The notes under the pieces were generated by a model that was not told the origin of the DNA, made no database searches, and saw only the letters and a program-made list of their open reading frames with translations. From sequence record PZ386970.1: DNA of 64,000 bases. One strand, 5' to 3'. Position numbers and translations under genes: made by a program. This document shows, in pieces, positions 51,611 through 60,186 of this stretch. Position 1 is the stretch's first letter, and each line of letters opens with the position of its first letter. The DNA is from a phage.

Positions 51611-51799
51611 TCATTTCCAAGGACTCCATGGCGGAGGGTCGTCATAATAAGAGGCAAGGTCTTTCAGGGCTTCAACAGGTAAACTAAAGCCGTGTCGTTG
51701 TATAATACTATCTAGTTCATCAACAAGTTCACTACGATGCACTTTAGGAGCCTTGACTTCAGGCTCGTCAAACATACTCATAAGGTCCATATTATTCAC
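51611..51799 (-). CDS. hypothetical protein
   Basis: 62-aa ORF from track. Confidence 0.4.
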   Translation of the reverse strand: MNNMDLMSMFDEPEVKAPKVHRSELVDELDSIIQRHGFSLPVEALKDLASYYDDPPPWSPWK

Positions 51800-52256
51800 C
51801 TAAATAAAAACTAGCAGGTTCAGAGAATGTTTCTAGTGCTACACCTTTTGTCTTAAAAAATTTCCAAATAGCTCGTTGCAAATGGGTTAAATCTGCTAAT
51901 GATGTAATAAAGTATTTTTTGGCAAAATACTTATGGTCTCGCTTTTCAAACAAGTCTAAACGCTTTTCAGGATTCACATAAACGGCATTTTCCGTAGATT
52001 CATAACCTAAGTCCTTTATGCCTTCTTCAAGACTAAACGGAGAATTTTTAGAATGAGTAATAGCTCCAACTCGTTCTACACGAATTTTGTAACCTTTAGG
52101 AATCTGCAATTTGTAGAATTCTTCTACAATATATTGCGGATTATTTAGACTTTTGTTAATGAGAATAGCTATTTCTAGTGGAGTCTTATCTTCTACCGGT
52201 ATATGTTTAAATGACTTGGCTTCAAGCAAATACATTTTAAATAGCATAGCATCCAT
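51792..52256 (-). CDS. hypothetical protein
   Basis: 154-aa ORF from track. Confidence 0.5.
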   Translation of the reverse strand: MDAMLFKMYLLEAKSFKHIPVEDKTPLEIAILINKSLNNPQYIVEEFYKLQIPKGYKIRVERVGAITHSKNSPFSLEEGIKDLGYESTENAVYVNPEKRLDLFEKRDHKYFAKKYFITSLADLTHLQRAIWKFFKTKGVALETFSEPASFYLGE

Positions 52257-52648
52257 TATAATTTCCTCGATGGTTCACCCATATAAAGTTTTACAATACG
52301 TTCGCCTTCATCTTCGACGAGCTTTTCTTCATGTTTCTGGAATTCTTTAGCCATATTCTCTTCAAGAACATCCAGCCAATCTTCTGGACCGACACCATCG
52401 TCCCAGCTTTTAAACCATTTTACTATTCTGTTCATTAATCACAACTCCCGGAGCTTGAACTACAATCAGAATAACTTGACCCAGAATCTCCAGACCAGGA
52501 TGATACGTAAGAATGATTATAACTTGAAGAGCTTGAAGCATTCGCCTGTTTTGTTTTTGGGCGAATAACTTCTTCCATCATTCCGTCACCAATATATTCC
52601 CAACTTTTTTCATGTGTATCAGGAATAGGCATCATACCTTCGCCTGGT

Positions 52649-52876
52649 TTAACAGCAAATAACTTCTTCAGTATCGTAAGCATTAATTGTTCCTCGAACA
52701 AAACGAACACCACCATCATCCCAACGGATTTCGGCGTTAAATTTGACGTCTTCACCATCCATCATGAATGAGTGTACGACTACATCATCGTAATATCCAA
52801 GACCATATTTCAACGAAACTTCTTGAGCAATCAAAGCACCTAATGTGTTATTAGGTTTAATCCAACGATTTAACAT
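52649..52876 (-). CDS. hypothetical protein
   Basis: 75-aa ORF from track. Confidence 0.45.
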   Translation of the reverse strand: MLNRWIKPNNTLGALIAQEVSLKYGLGYYDDVVVHSFMMDGEDVKFNAEIRWDDGGVRFVRGTINAYDTEEVICC

Positions 52877-52942
52877 ATTGTTCTCCTCTTGAGTAAGTAA
52901 GAATATCTTAACATAGTTTTTAGTGGTTGTAAACTCTAGAAA

Positions 52943-52968
52943 CGAAAAAAGGAATCCTTCGGGATTCC
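52943..52968 (-). terminator. terminator hairpin after soc (GGAAUCC-CGAA-GGAUUCC + U-tract)
   Basis: perfect 7-bp stem, tetraloop, TTTTTT on minus strand. Confidence 0.55.
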
Positions 52969-52977
52969 TTAAATTAT

Positions 52978-53214
52978 TTAACCACTTACTGGTGTAGGGG
53001 TAAACATTGCAGCGTTCTTAGTACGCCAATCTGCTGCGTCAGTCACCACAGTAGTGTAAGCAGCTTTTTCAGATGGGAAAGTCTGATAATGAGCATCAGC
53101 AATCCGATGTTCGTTTGAATAAATCTCAAACGGTACAGAAACTTCCATACCTTTAACTTCTTTACCTTCACCAGCAGGATGCGTAAAGGTTTTGATGTTT
53201 ACATAACCACCCAT
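52978..53214 (-). CDS. soc: Soc small outer capsid protein
   Basis: 78-aa ORF; GYVNIKTF...AHYQTFPSEKAAY matches T4 Soc. Confidence 0.85.
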   Translation of the reverse strand: MGGYVNIKTFTHPAGEGKEVKGMEVSVPFEIYSNEHRIADAHYQTFPSEKAAYTTVVTDAADWRTKNAAMFTPTPVSG

Positions 53215-53245
53215 AATTAACTCCTTTGTTGTTTAATTACAGGTG

Positions 53246-53253
53246 TATTTATA
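53246..53253 (-). promoter_or_regulatory. T4 late promoter (TATAAATA) for soc
   Basis: plus strand reads TATTTATA = TATAAATA on minus, ~30 nt upstream of soc ATG. Confidence 0.6.
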
Positions 53254-53259
53254 ACTTAA

Positions 53260-53781
53260 TTAGTAACCATTATCCTGACGTTCAAAGTTGTGTTGGTTTT
53301 TCAGATAATACAGTTTGAAGATTTCTTCAGCAGAAAGTCCTAGACCTTGGAACATATTTAGAACGAAATGCAGAATATCAATCATTTCGAATTTAATTTC
53401 AAGCTGGTCTTCAGGAGACAGTTCATCGATACGACGATTACGATATTCAGCATGCTGTGCCTTCCACGGCTTCCATACACTGCTGGCGGCTTTTTCACCA
53501 TTGCTCATACCACCAAGTGAAGTCAGCAGTTCACGGAATTCATCATCAATATAATCTTTCTGATTACGCAGCCAATCAACAACATCACCAGCAGTAGCCA
53601 ATTCATCAGGATGTTTGTTATGTTCAGGCTTGTCATTTGCCAGACGAACCTGTAAAGATTTCTGCATATCAAGCATTACCTGCAGTGGGTCTTTATCTTC
53701 GTGAATCAGAGCATTAAAATAAGCTTCTTCTGCTTTATCAACACCAGAAATAAGTTGTGAACATTCGTTAAAGTGTGCCAT
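53260..53781 (-). CDS. 56: dCTP pyrophosphatase (dCTPase/dUTPase, MazG-like)
   Basis: track ORF 53260..53796 trimmed to MAHFNEC... start with AAAGGA RBS; sequence closely matches T4 gp56. Confidence 0.85.
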   Translation of the reverse strand: MAHFNECSQLISGVDKAEEAYFNALIHEDKDPLQVMLDMQKSLQVRLANDKPEHNKHPDELATAGDVVDWLRNQKDYIDDEFRELLTSLGGMSNGEKAASSVWKPWKAQHAEYRNRRIDELSPEDQLEIKFEMIDILHFVLNMFQGLGLSAEEIFKLYYLKNQHNFERQDNGY

Positions 53782-53870
53782 TATTTTTCCTTTCAATTCA
53801 GTATAAGAGAGTTAATTCTAACATTAATTTTATAAAGCGTAATAAATAATAAGGTAACTAAGGAGATATT

Positions 53871-54068
53871 ATGTTTAAACTTCCATCGTTAATCAACGCT
53901 ATTAAAGGCAATAAAAAGAAAACTGCTATCGCTGCAATAGTTGTAGGTGGCATTATTTCATGGAACTTCGGGATTGCACCATTGTTAGTTGCCCATGGTA
54001 TTATAGTTCCTTCTGTTCCATTGGATACTGTTGTTGACCTAGCTTTTGCTGTTATAGGGCTAGTCTAA
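53871..54068 (+). CDS. small hydrophobic protein (65 aa), plus strand
   Basis: track ORF with strong RBS (TAAGGAGAtattATG); two predicted hydrophobic segments; lies in the 56-61 intergenic region antisense to flanking genes. Confidence 0.4.
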   Translation: MFKLPSLINAIKGNKKKTAIAAIVVGGIISWNFGIAPLLVAHGIIVPSVPLDTVVDLAFAVIGLV

Positions 54069-55087
54069 ATTTTAGAATACCGAGATAATCTCATTTTAGC
54101 ATGCAACCCACTTGAAATATTCTGTTTCATATATTCTAAAATTTCTTGTGGTGTTGCATTTTCTTTCATTACCATATCATTCACATCCTTTGAACTCCAT
54201 GGAGCTCTATCCCAGAACATAACACGTTCACCTGCATCTACTAATCGCTTCATACGAGCTATAGTATCCGGATGCCTAGGTTCATTATCCATTACCCATA
54301 CCCGACGTTCTTTAAATGGTACCACATCTAAATCTATTGAGCCGCCTGTAATAGCGATTGCATTGGGTATGAATAAACTATCAATAGGGCCTTCCATTAC
54401 CCAGACGTCTCCTTCCTTAACACGTTCAACACCATAAATTTTTGTTGCGGTCTCAAACGCTTTAATAGTGATATATTTTTGAGGAGCATCTTTACGAAGT
54501 GCACGTCCTTGGAATGACTCAGCCTTCCCATCTTTATTAAAAATAGGAATAACTAAACGTGGTTCTGGAATCTCTTTCTTATACGTACCAGGTTGAATCT
54601 TGTTGACCAATTTGGGCCATTCTAATGTGAACCATAATCTGTTCCATGATTCTTTAGGAATACACCGAGACTTAACATATTTCACAATAGGATGCTCTTC
54701 AGGCAACTTGTCCAGACGAGAACAAGACGGCAAAGAATTTATAGTCTTTTTCTCTGGCTCCGGCTTAGCTTCAGGAACCTTTTCAATCTTTGGTTCCATT
54801 CTAGCTTTTTCTTTACGAACTTCCATTAGATACTCGCGATAAAGCTCTTCATCGTACTCTTTTAAGTATCCGGAAATTGTATTGTGGTATTGACAGTTAT
54901 AGCAATGTACATTACCAGGAGTACCACCGTAATACCAACCGCGGGCTTTCATTGCATCTGTCTGAGAGTCGCCACAAACTGGACAACGAAATGTTAATTT
55001 AAATGTGCTTGAATTATTGATTTGTCTAAAACGAGGGAGGTGAGAAAACGCACGATAAGCAAATTCATTATCTATCCATTCAGCCAT
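54065..55087 (-). CDS. 61: gp61 DNA primase
   Basis: 340-aa ORF; zinc ribbon FRCPVCGDSQTD...ARGWYYG and TOPRIM region; closely matches T4 gp61. Confidence 0.9.
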   Translation of the reverse strand: MAEWIDNEFAYRAFSHLPRFRQINNSSTFKLTFRCPVCGDSQTDAMKARGWYYGGTPGNVHCYNCQYHNTISGYLKEYDEELYREYLMEVRKEKARMEPKIEKVPEAKPEPEKKTINSLPSCSRLDKLPEEHPIVKYVKSRCIPKESWNRLWFTLEWPKLVNKIQPGTYKKEIPEPRLVIPIFNKDGKAESFQGRALRKDAPQKYITIKAFETATKIYGVERVKEGDVWVMEGPIDSLFIPNAIAITGGSIDLDVVPFKERRVWVMDNEPRHPDTIARMKRLVDAGERVMFWDRAPWSSKDVNDMVMKENATPQEILEYMKQNISSGLHAKMRLSRYSKI

Positions 55088-55126
55088 AGTATTCTCCAGA
55101 GGCCTTAAATTAATAAGGCCATCTTA

Positions 55127-55621
55127 TCACAACTTATTAATATTTACTTTAATTCGCTTTCTTTTCTTGGAAGGAATTTGTTCTGGACCTTTATTTACAA
55201 TTGCGCCTGTAGTAGTTCCTGATGCAATAGCTTGAGGACTGCCGCCTGAATCACCAGCAACCATATCCTCAAATAAAGGGAGTTCTTTAAATATTTCTTT
55301 CTGCTGTTCTTCTGTAATGTTATAGCGGGATGCTACAGCACTCCAGGCAGACATCATTGAGGCCATTCCATTAAGACCTGGAACAGTACTCATCATTCGC
55401 TTCATTGAACGAACTGAAGCATGAAAAGGTGTATAAGCCACTTTCTCTTCGGGAGTAGAAGGACGTTTAAGAACACTTCCACGTTCGTCGATGATTTTGG
55501 CTTCGTATGCTTTCCATTCGGTAAAAGGTTTTTGCATTAGTCGAATAAACTTATATGCGTAAACAGAATCTATTGCAGTGTTAATAATACCCATAGGTAC
55601 CTCCTGAGTATATTTAATCAA
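55127..55621 (-). CDS. hypothetical protein (61.1-position)
   Basis: 164-aa ORF from track (true start may be internal ATG). Confidence 0.5.
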   Translation of the reverse strand: MIKYTQEVPMGIINTAIDSVYAYKFIRLMQKPFTEWKAYEAKIIDERGSVLKRPSTPEEKVAYTPFHASVRSMKRMMSTVPGLNGMASMMSAWSAVASRYNITEEQQKEIFKELPLFEDMVAGDSGGSPQAIASGTTTGAIVNKGPEQIPSKKRKRIKVNINKL

Positions 55622-55811
55622 TCACAAAGATCGCTTTATCACCGTTCGCATCTGTGACTTCATATGTAGTGCCTTCATACTGTGGAATATTCCAAATTAC
55701 ACCGTCATTAGCTTTTACGCTAATATGGCATTGGTGTTTTGAAACAACTTCATAATCTTCAAAACTTGTAAAAACACTAATTTTAGAACCAGTGCAAATT
55801 GCAGTAGTCAT
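55614..55811 (-). CDS. hypothetical protein
   Basis: 65-aa ORF from track. Confidence 0.45.
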   Translation of the reverse strand: MTTAICTGSKISVFTSFEDYEVVSKHQCHISVKANDGVIWNIPQYEGTTYEVTDANGDKAIFVID

Positions 55812-55812
55812 T

Positions 55813-56472
55813 TTAACCTCGATTCATAAATGCATTAAATATTTGGTCATCAACAGAAATTTCTAATTCGACTTCAATTGTTTCAGCCTTTTCTTCAGGT
55901 GGTAATTCGTATCCACACACTACAATTTTTTCATCGATATCAAAATATACAGAAGCAATACGATTAATGTTACTTTCAGTTAAGTCTAAATCAACATCAA
56001 CATCTTTTTGACCTACACTTAAAGGATAACTAATACGGGTTATTTTATTATCTTTAACAAAGAGTCCGCCAACATACTCTGTACTACGTTTGAAGTTTAC
56101 ACGTTTCCGAATTGAAAGATATGATACATCTTTACCATGAGCTCGGCTCATAGGACATAATGAATAGCTAGAATAAGAGATGTCAAATCCTACGCCTTCA
56201 ACATGTGCTAGAGTATCATGAGTAAACCAATTATAGTCGTATGCCAAATCCATTAAATTATAATATGTGAAAGGCACTGGATTAACATCGTATGTTGTAC
56301 CTTTAAAATCTGCCCAGGCGACGATTTCGTTATCTTTAACAATTACAAAAATTACACCAATATGATATCCGTTATTATTTTCATTCGGCGTTATATTATA
56401 ACATTGTGCATTAGGAAATTTACCATATTTAAATGGCGCATTTTTGTGCATATAATAAATCATATTATTCAC
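55813..56472 (-). CDS. hypothetical protein (61.2-position)
   Basis: 219-aa ORF from track. Confidence 0.5.
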   Translation of the reverse strand: MNNMIYYMHKNAPFKYGKFPNAQCYNITPNENNNGYHIGVIFVIVKDNEIVAWADFKGTTYDVNPVPFTYYNLMDLAYDYNWFTHDTLAHVEGVGFDISYSSYSLCPMSRAHGKDVSYLSIRKRVNFKRSTEYVGGLFVKDNKITRISYPLSVGQKDVDVDLDLTESNINRIASVYFDIDEKIVVCGYELPPEEKAETIEVELEISVDDQIFNAFMNRG

Positions 56473-56758
56473 CTGTGATTTCGGTTACGATATCTTTGTT
56501 ATCGAAATTAGGGTCACAATACAAAACATAGTTGTACTGCATGATACCGCCAGACTTAAGTTGTTCAACAACTTTATTAACCATATTAGGACGGTCTCGT
56601 TTAGTGATGTTCATGATATCAGAGAAGATTTGTTGTTCAACATCTTCTTGATTTGCAGTCATTGACCACTCACAGAGGTCTTTATCATAACCTGCCGTAA
56701 CTGGAGCTGGTGCACATGATACTGCAAGTAAGATTGCTGCCAATGATAACTTTTTCAT
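56465..56758 (-). CDS. sp: Spackle periplasmic protein (superinfection exclusion / lysozyme inhibitor)
   Basis: 97-aa ORF with signal peptide; mature region AGYDKDLCEWSMTA...GG.MQYNYVLYCD.NF.NK.I matches T4 Sp. Confidence 0.8.
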   Translation of the reverse strand: MKKLSLAAILLAVSCAPAPVTAGYDKDLCEWSMTANQEDVEQQIFSDIMNITKRDRPNMVNKVVEQLKSGGIMQYNYVLYCDPNFDNKDIVTEITGE

Positions 56759-56821
56759 TTTAACTCCTTAGTTGATTTGATAGGACTACTATACTATAGT
56801 CCATCTATAATGTAAACAAAT

Positions 56822-57070
56822 TTATTCTTTTTCGCGAATAATAATTACTTGTTGAGGCTGCTGAGCCGATTTCTTTTCGGCAACGATAGACCAAATTAAA
56901 GTTCCAATCCAACCAACCATCGTCCAGTTAAAGAGTAAAGATACAAAGAAGATTGCTGTTGTGCTTTTTGTGCCACGAATAAGTGCGATTACCCAAGGCA
57001 ACATGTAAATGATGATTGAACCAATACCTGCGATTAAAACTGCTACTGAACTAGCTACGAATAATTCCAT
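56822..57070 (-). CDS. small integral membrane protein
   Basis: 82-aa ORF with two hydrophobic segments. Confidence 0.5.
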   Translation of the reverse strand: MELFVASSVAVLIAGIGSIIIYMLPWVIALIRGTKSTTAIFFVSLLFNWTMVGWIGTLIWSIVAEKKSAQQPQQVIIIREKE

Positions 57071-57131
57071 GTTAATTTCCTCTTGATTTGTTATGTTTAT
57101 AATATCTTGTTTTAACTTTGGTGTAAACCAA

Positions 57132-57500
57132 TTAATTAAATTTGTTTAAACGTTCAATACACTGGACGTAGTTATTCGCGATTTGTTTCTGGGTAGGCTC
57201 TTTACCAGTTGTTTCAACATAGCGAATGAATGCGATTTCAGTAGCCTGTAGGCAATGTTCTTTAACGCGTTGTTCTTTTGACAATGCGACAGTATCAGAA
57301 TCACGATAACGTTGAGCATGAGCATCAGCTTGAATCATTCGATTACCTACAGTAACCGGGTCTTCCACTTCAACTTTAGGTTGGTCGTACTGTTTAACAT
57401 TCGGATTGTAAATCAGTTGGCCAACGTTATTAGGGATAAAGCCATGAGCACCACATCCAGTTAATCCAAATACCATTGCTAAAGCGATTAATTTTTTCAT
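57132..57500 (-). CDS. putative lipoprotein
   Basis: 122-aa ORF with signal peptide and lipobox LTGC. Confidence 0.55.
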   Translation of the reverse strand: MKKLIALAMVFGLTGCGAHGFIPNNVGQLIYNPNVKQYDQPKVEVEDPVTVGNRMIQADAHAQRYRDSDTVALSKEQRVKEHCLQATEIAFIRYVETTGKEPTQKQIANNYVQCIERLNKFN

Positions 57501-57560
57501 TTCAATTTCCTCTGTAGTTGATAGAAAGATAGTAACACAGTACGTGGTGCTTGTAAACAG

Positions 57561-57773
57561 CTATTTTAAACTTTTGCGAAATTTGCGTTTTTCTTGACGA
57601 ATCTGTCGTTTAGTCGGACGTACAGCAAATTTAACGAAGTCCACTTTGCCGTGTGGAAACTTTTCAGATGCTTCACAGTCCATCATTAGTTCCCATCCTT
57701 CCAGAATAAGAGCTTTCCATGGAGTGGTTGACACAAATTCGTACGGGGATGGTTTAAATACTGTTGAATACAT
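57561..57773 (-). CDS. hypothetical basic protein
   Basis: track ORF 57561..57818 trimmed so as not to overlap dmd; start uncertain. Confidence 0.35.
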   Translation of the reverse strand: MYSTVFKPSPYEFVSTTPWKALILEGWELMMDCEASEKFPHGKVDFVKFAVRPTKRQIRQEKRKFRKSLK

Positions 57774-57774
57774 A

Positions 57775-57966
57775 TTAACCTCTGAAATCAGCTTCGAAAA
57801 CTTTCTCGTCATTAACAAATGCTTTAACTAATGCTTTGTTCACTTCAGCAAGTTGTACCGTAACCCACTCGATTTCTTCACGATCACCTGATAACATGAT
57901 ATCTTTAGTGAACATCTCACCGCTTTTAAACCAGCCAATAAAAGTAACTTTAGTTAATTTGCTCAT
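57775..57966 (-). CDS. dmd: Dmd antitoxin (discriminator of mRNA degradation)
   Basis: track ORF trimmed to internal ATG; ~63 aa; blocks F.GWFK...MFTK.I and AEVNKALVKAF..D.KV.E.D.RG match T4 Dmd as recalled. Confidence 0.7.
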   Translation of the reverse strand: MSKLTKVTFIGWFKSGEMFTKDIMLSGDREEIEWVTVQLAEVNKALVKAFVNDEKVFEADFRG

Positions 57967-58280
57967 ATTTCCTCGCAAAAGGCCCATTCAGCGTGATAAA
58001 CTGTAGCACCTTTAGTATCATTCATTTGAACTACGTCTACCGGAGAAATTACTCGATAGAGACGTGGTTCACCTCCATAAGAGCGTGCTGCTCGTCCTGC
58101 ATAAATCTTTGCTAAACCGATATCTTCAGTAAAGAATACACGATCCAAGTTTTTCTTACGTCCAGTTTCAGACAGAACTCCTGTTTCTTCAGGAGGACAA
58201 AGCATGTTTTCGATGTTAGCTGAACTACTTGAACCGTGATAAAAAATCTTAAATTCTGCTTTACAATCGATGGTTTTCAT
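57963..58280 (-). CDS. hypothetical protein with weak Arr-like ADP-ribosyltransferase features
   Basis: 105-aa ORF; FYHGSSS near N-terminus and later Y/E-containing blocks loosely resemble rifampin ADP-ribosyltransferase (Arr) family; own early promoter. Confidence 0.45.
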   Translation of the reverse strand: MKTIDCKAEFKIFYHGSSSSANIENMLCPPEETGVLSETGRKKNLDRVFFTEDIGLAKIYAGRAARSYGGEPRLYRVISPVDVVQMNDTKGATVYHAEWAFCEEI

Positions 58281-58306
58281 TTTGTTCTCCAGTAGTTGAT
58301 AGGTCT

Positions 58307-58336
58307 ATAGTAACATGATTTAGGAGTGTTGTAAAC
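58307..58336 (-). promoter_or_regulatory. early-type promoter adjacent to gene 41 terminator hairpin
   Basis: minus strand GTTTAC ~18 nt TACTAT; hairpin AGGAGAC-UUCG-GUCUCCU immediately upstream at ~58343-58360. Confidence 0.5.
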
Positions 58337-58365
58337 CCCGAAAGGAGACCGAAGTCTCCTTTCTA

Positions 58366-59808
58366 TTAAAATTTTAACTCATTGGCTAAGCTATCTAGGT
58401 CAGCACGTGTTGCTTTGGCTTTACCTACGCGTTCCGTACGATTCACCTCTGCCTGACGCATCTGAGCACCTGCGTTTTCATTTACTGTGTTAGGTGTGTT
58501 CATTCCTTCTTGCTCAATCTCAACCCATTTCTGATTGCCTTTACGTACACCCATCAGGAATTTATTCCACTTATTCTTATCACCATATCGTGATTTGATT
58601 TGTTTGATAAGTTGTTGTTCAGCTTGTGCAAGTTCTTCGGTTTCAATTACGGCCAACATGAAATCTGCCGTTGCTGGTAAACCTGCTGATTCTGCGATAT
58701 CACTCATGTTCATGTCTGAAGCATCCCATGCTGCACGTCCTACTTGAGCTGCAGTCCATAGAACTGTTTCAGATTCTACTGCTAATGCACGAAGTTCTTC
58801 TGCGATAGCTTTAACTAATGTGTAGCTATTTTCAGTGTAAACTCTGATACGACAAGACCCACAAATACCTAAGTAATCGACTATAATTACAGACGGCACA
58901 AAGTTCTTCTTGAGTTTTAACTCATTAAGCAATGCACGGAATGTATTAGCATTAGCTCCACCAGTAGGATACTGTTTGACTACTAAACGTCCTAATGTGG
59001 ATTTTGAACGCCATTTTTCCATTTTGGCTTTATATTCAGCATAAGATACGTTACCATCATCGATATCATCGAGTGATACGTCAAGCATGTTTGCATCTAT
59101 ACGCTTAGCACAAACTTCTTCAGCCATTTCCATGGAAATATAAAGAACATTATGGCCTGTTTGAAGATAATCTGCAGCAAGTGAACAAAGGCCTAAAGAT
59201 TTACCAACGTTAACACCGGCCATTAAAACATTCAGTGTACCGGTTTCAGCACCACCTTTAGTGATTTTATTCAAAATGTTTAATTTGAACGGGACCTTAC
59301 GTGCTTTGTTCAGATAAGAAAGCCAGCGTGCTTCGTAGTCTTCCATCCAGTCATGTCCAACATAACTATCAAACGAAATTGAAAGTGCTTGACGCATAAT
59401 ATCAGGAATAGCTCCTACGTCAGGCATTTTCTTGTTACGTTGTTCTGGAGGTAATTCAGCATTAGACTGAATCTCAATGATTTTGGATGTAGCATTATAC
59501 ATCGCTTTTTGCTGGACATATTTCTCAGTTTCTTTAACCAACCATTCGTGGTCTTCAGGAGTATCAGCCAATTTTTCAATTAGGTCTGAAGTTCCTTTAT
59601 ATTCGGCTTCAGTTAAAGAACTGTTATCTAAAGCCACCTTTAACGCATTGATAGACGGCATTGCATTATATTCGTTAACGTGGCTCTTTATAATTTTAAA
59701 GACATTTTTTGCCGGTCCACGCTCAAAATACTCAGAATCCATATAAGGCCAGACCTTAGAAAAATAAGCCTGGTCGTATACTAGATGAGACAAAATAATT
59801 TCTACCAC
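58366..59808 (-). CDS. 41: gp41 replicative DNA helicase (DnaB-like)
   Basis: 480-aa ORF; Walker A GVNVGKS, DnaB-family architecture; size as T4 gp41. Confidence 0.9.
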   Translation of the reverse strand: MVEIILSHLVYDQAYFSKVWPYMDSEYFERGPAKNVFKIIKSHVNEYNAMPSINALKVALDNSSLTEAEYKGTSDLIEKLADTPEDHEWLVKETEKYVQQKAMYNATSKIIEIQSNAELPPEQRNKKMPDVGAIPDIMRQALSISFDSYVGHDWMEDYEARWLSYLNKARKVPFKLNILNKITKGGAETGTLNVLMAGVNVGKSLGLCSLAADYLQTGHNVLYISMEMAEEVCAKRIDANMLDVSLDDIDDGNVSYAEYKAKMEKWRSKSTLGRLVVKQYPTGGANANTFRALLNELKLKKNFVPSVIIVDYLGICGSCRIRVYTENSYTLVKAIAEELRALAVESETVLWTAAQVGRAAWDASDMNMSDIAESAGLPATADFMLAVIETEELAQAEQQLIKQIKSRYGDKNKWNKFLMGVRKGNQKWVEIEQEGMNTPNTVNENAGAQMRQAEVNRTERVGKAKATRADLDSLANELKF

Positions 59809-59817
59809 GATAACTCC

Positions 59818-60186
59818 TTAAAAGAATTTAAATTTTTTCTTGGTCCGTTCATTAAAAGCTTGTTGTACTTGCATTGTAACACATTTTTCAACATGTGGTG
59901 CAAGTTCTGCTTTTCTGTCTTGGTCAAGAACTGCAAAGTCCATTACGATTTTACCATCAACCCAGTCTAGTTTTGTAATATAGACTATATGATGAGAACC
60001 ATCTTCAAGTGTAATCAGAATCTCTTGAATGACATTTTCCATTGCTGAACGGATAATTTTAAGAGATTCATTAAACACTCGTTCTTTGCGAATGTCTTCC
60101 CCTTCCGAAGAAGGGGATTCATCAACGATTTCTAGATTTAAATCATCAAGATTATTCATCGAAATCTTCCATTTCGTCAAGGTCAT
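59818..60186 (-). CDS. 40: gp40-position protein (head vertex assembly chaperone in T4)
   Basis: 122-aa ORF between uvsX and 41 as in T4 (uvsX-40-41 operon); assignment by synteny and size. Confidence 0.5.
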   Translation of the reverse strand: MTLTKWKISMNNLDDLNLEIVDESPSSEGEDIRKERVFNESLKIIRSAMENVIQEILITLEDGSHHIVYITKLDWVDGKIVMDFAVLDQDRKAELAPHVEKCVTMQVQQAFNERTKKKFKFF

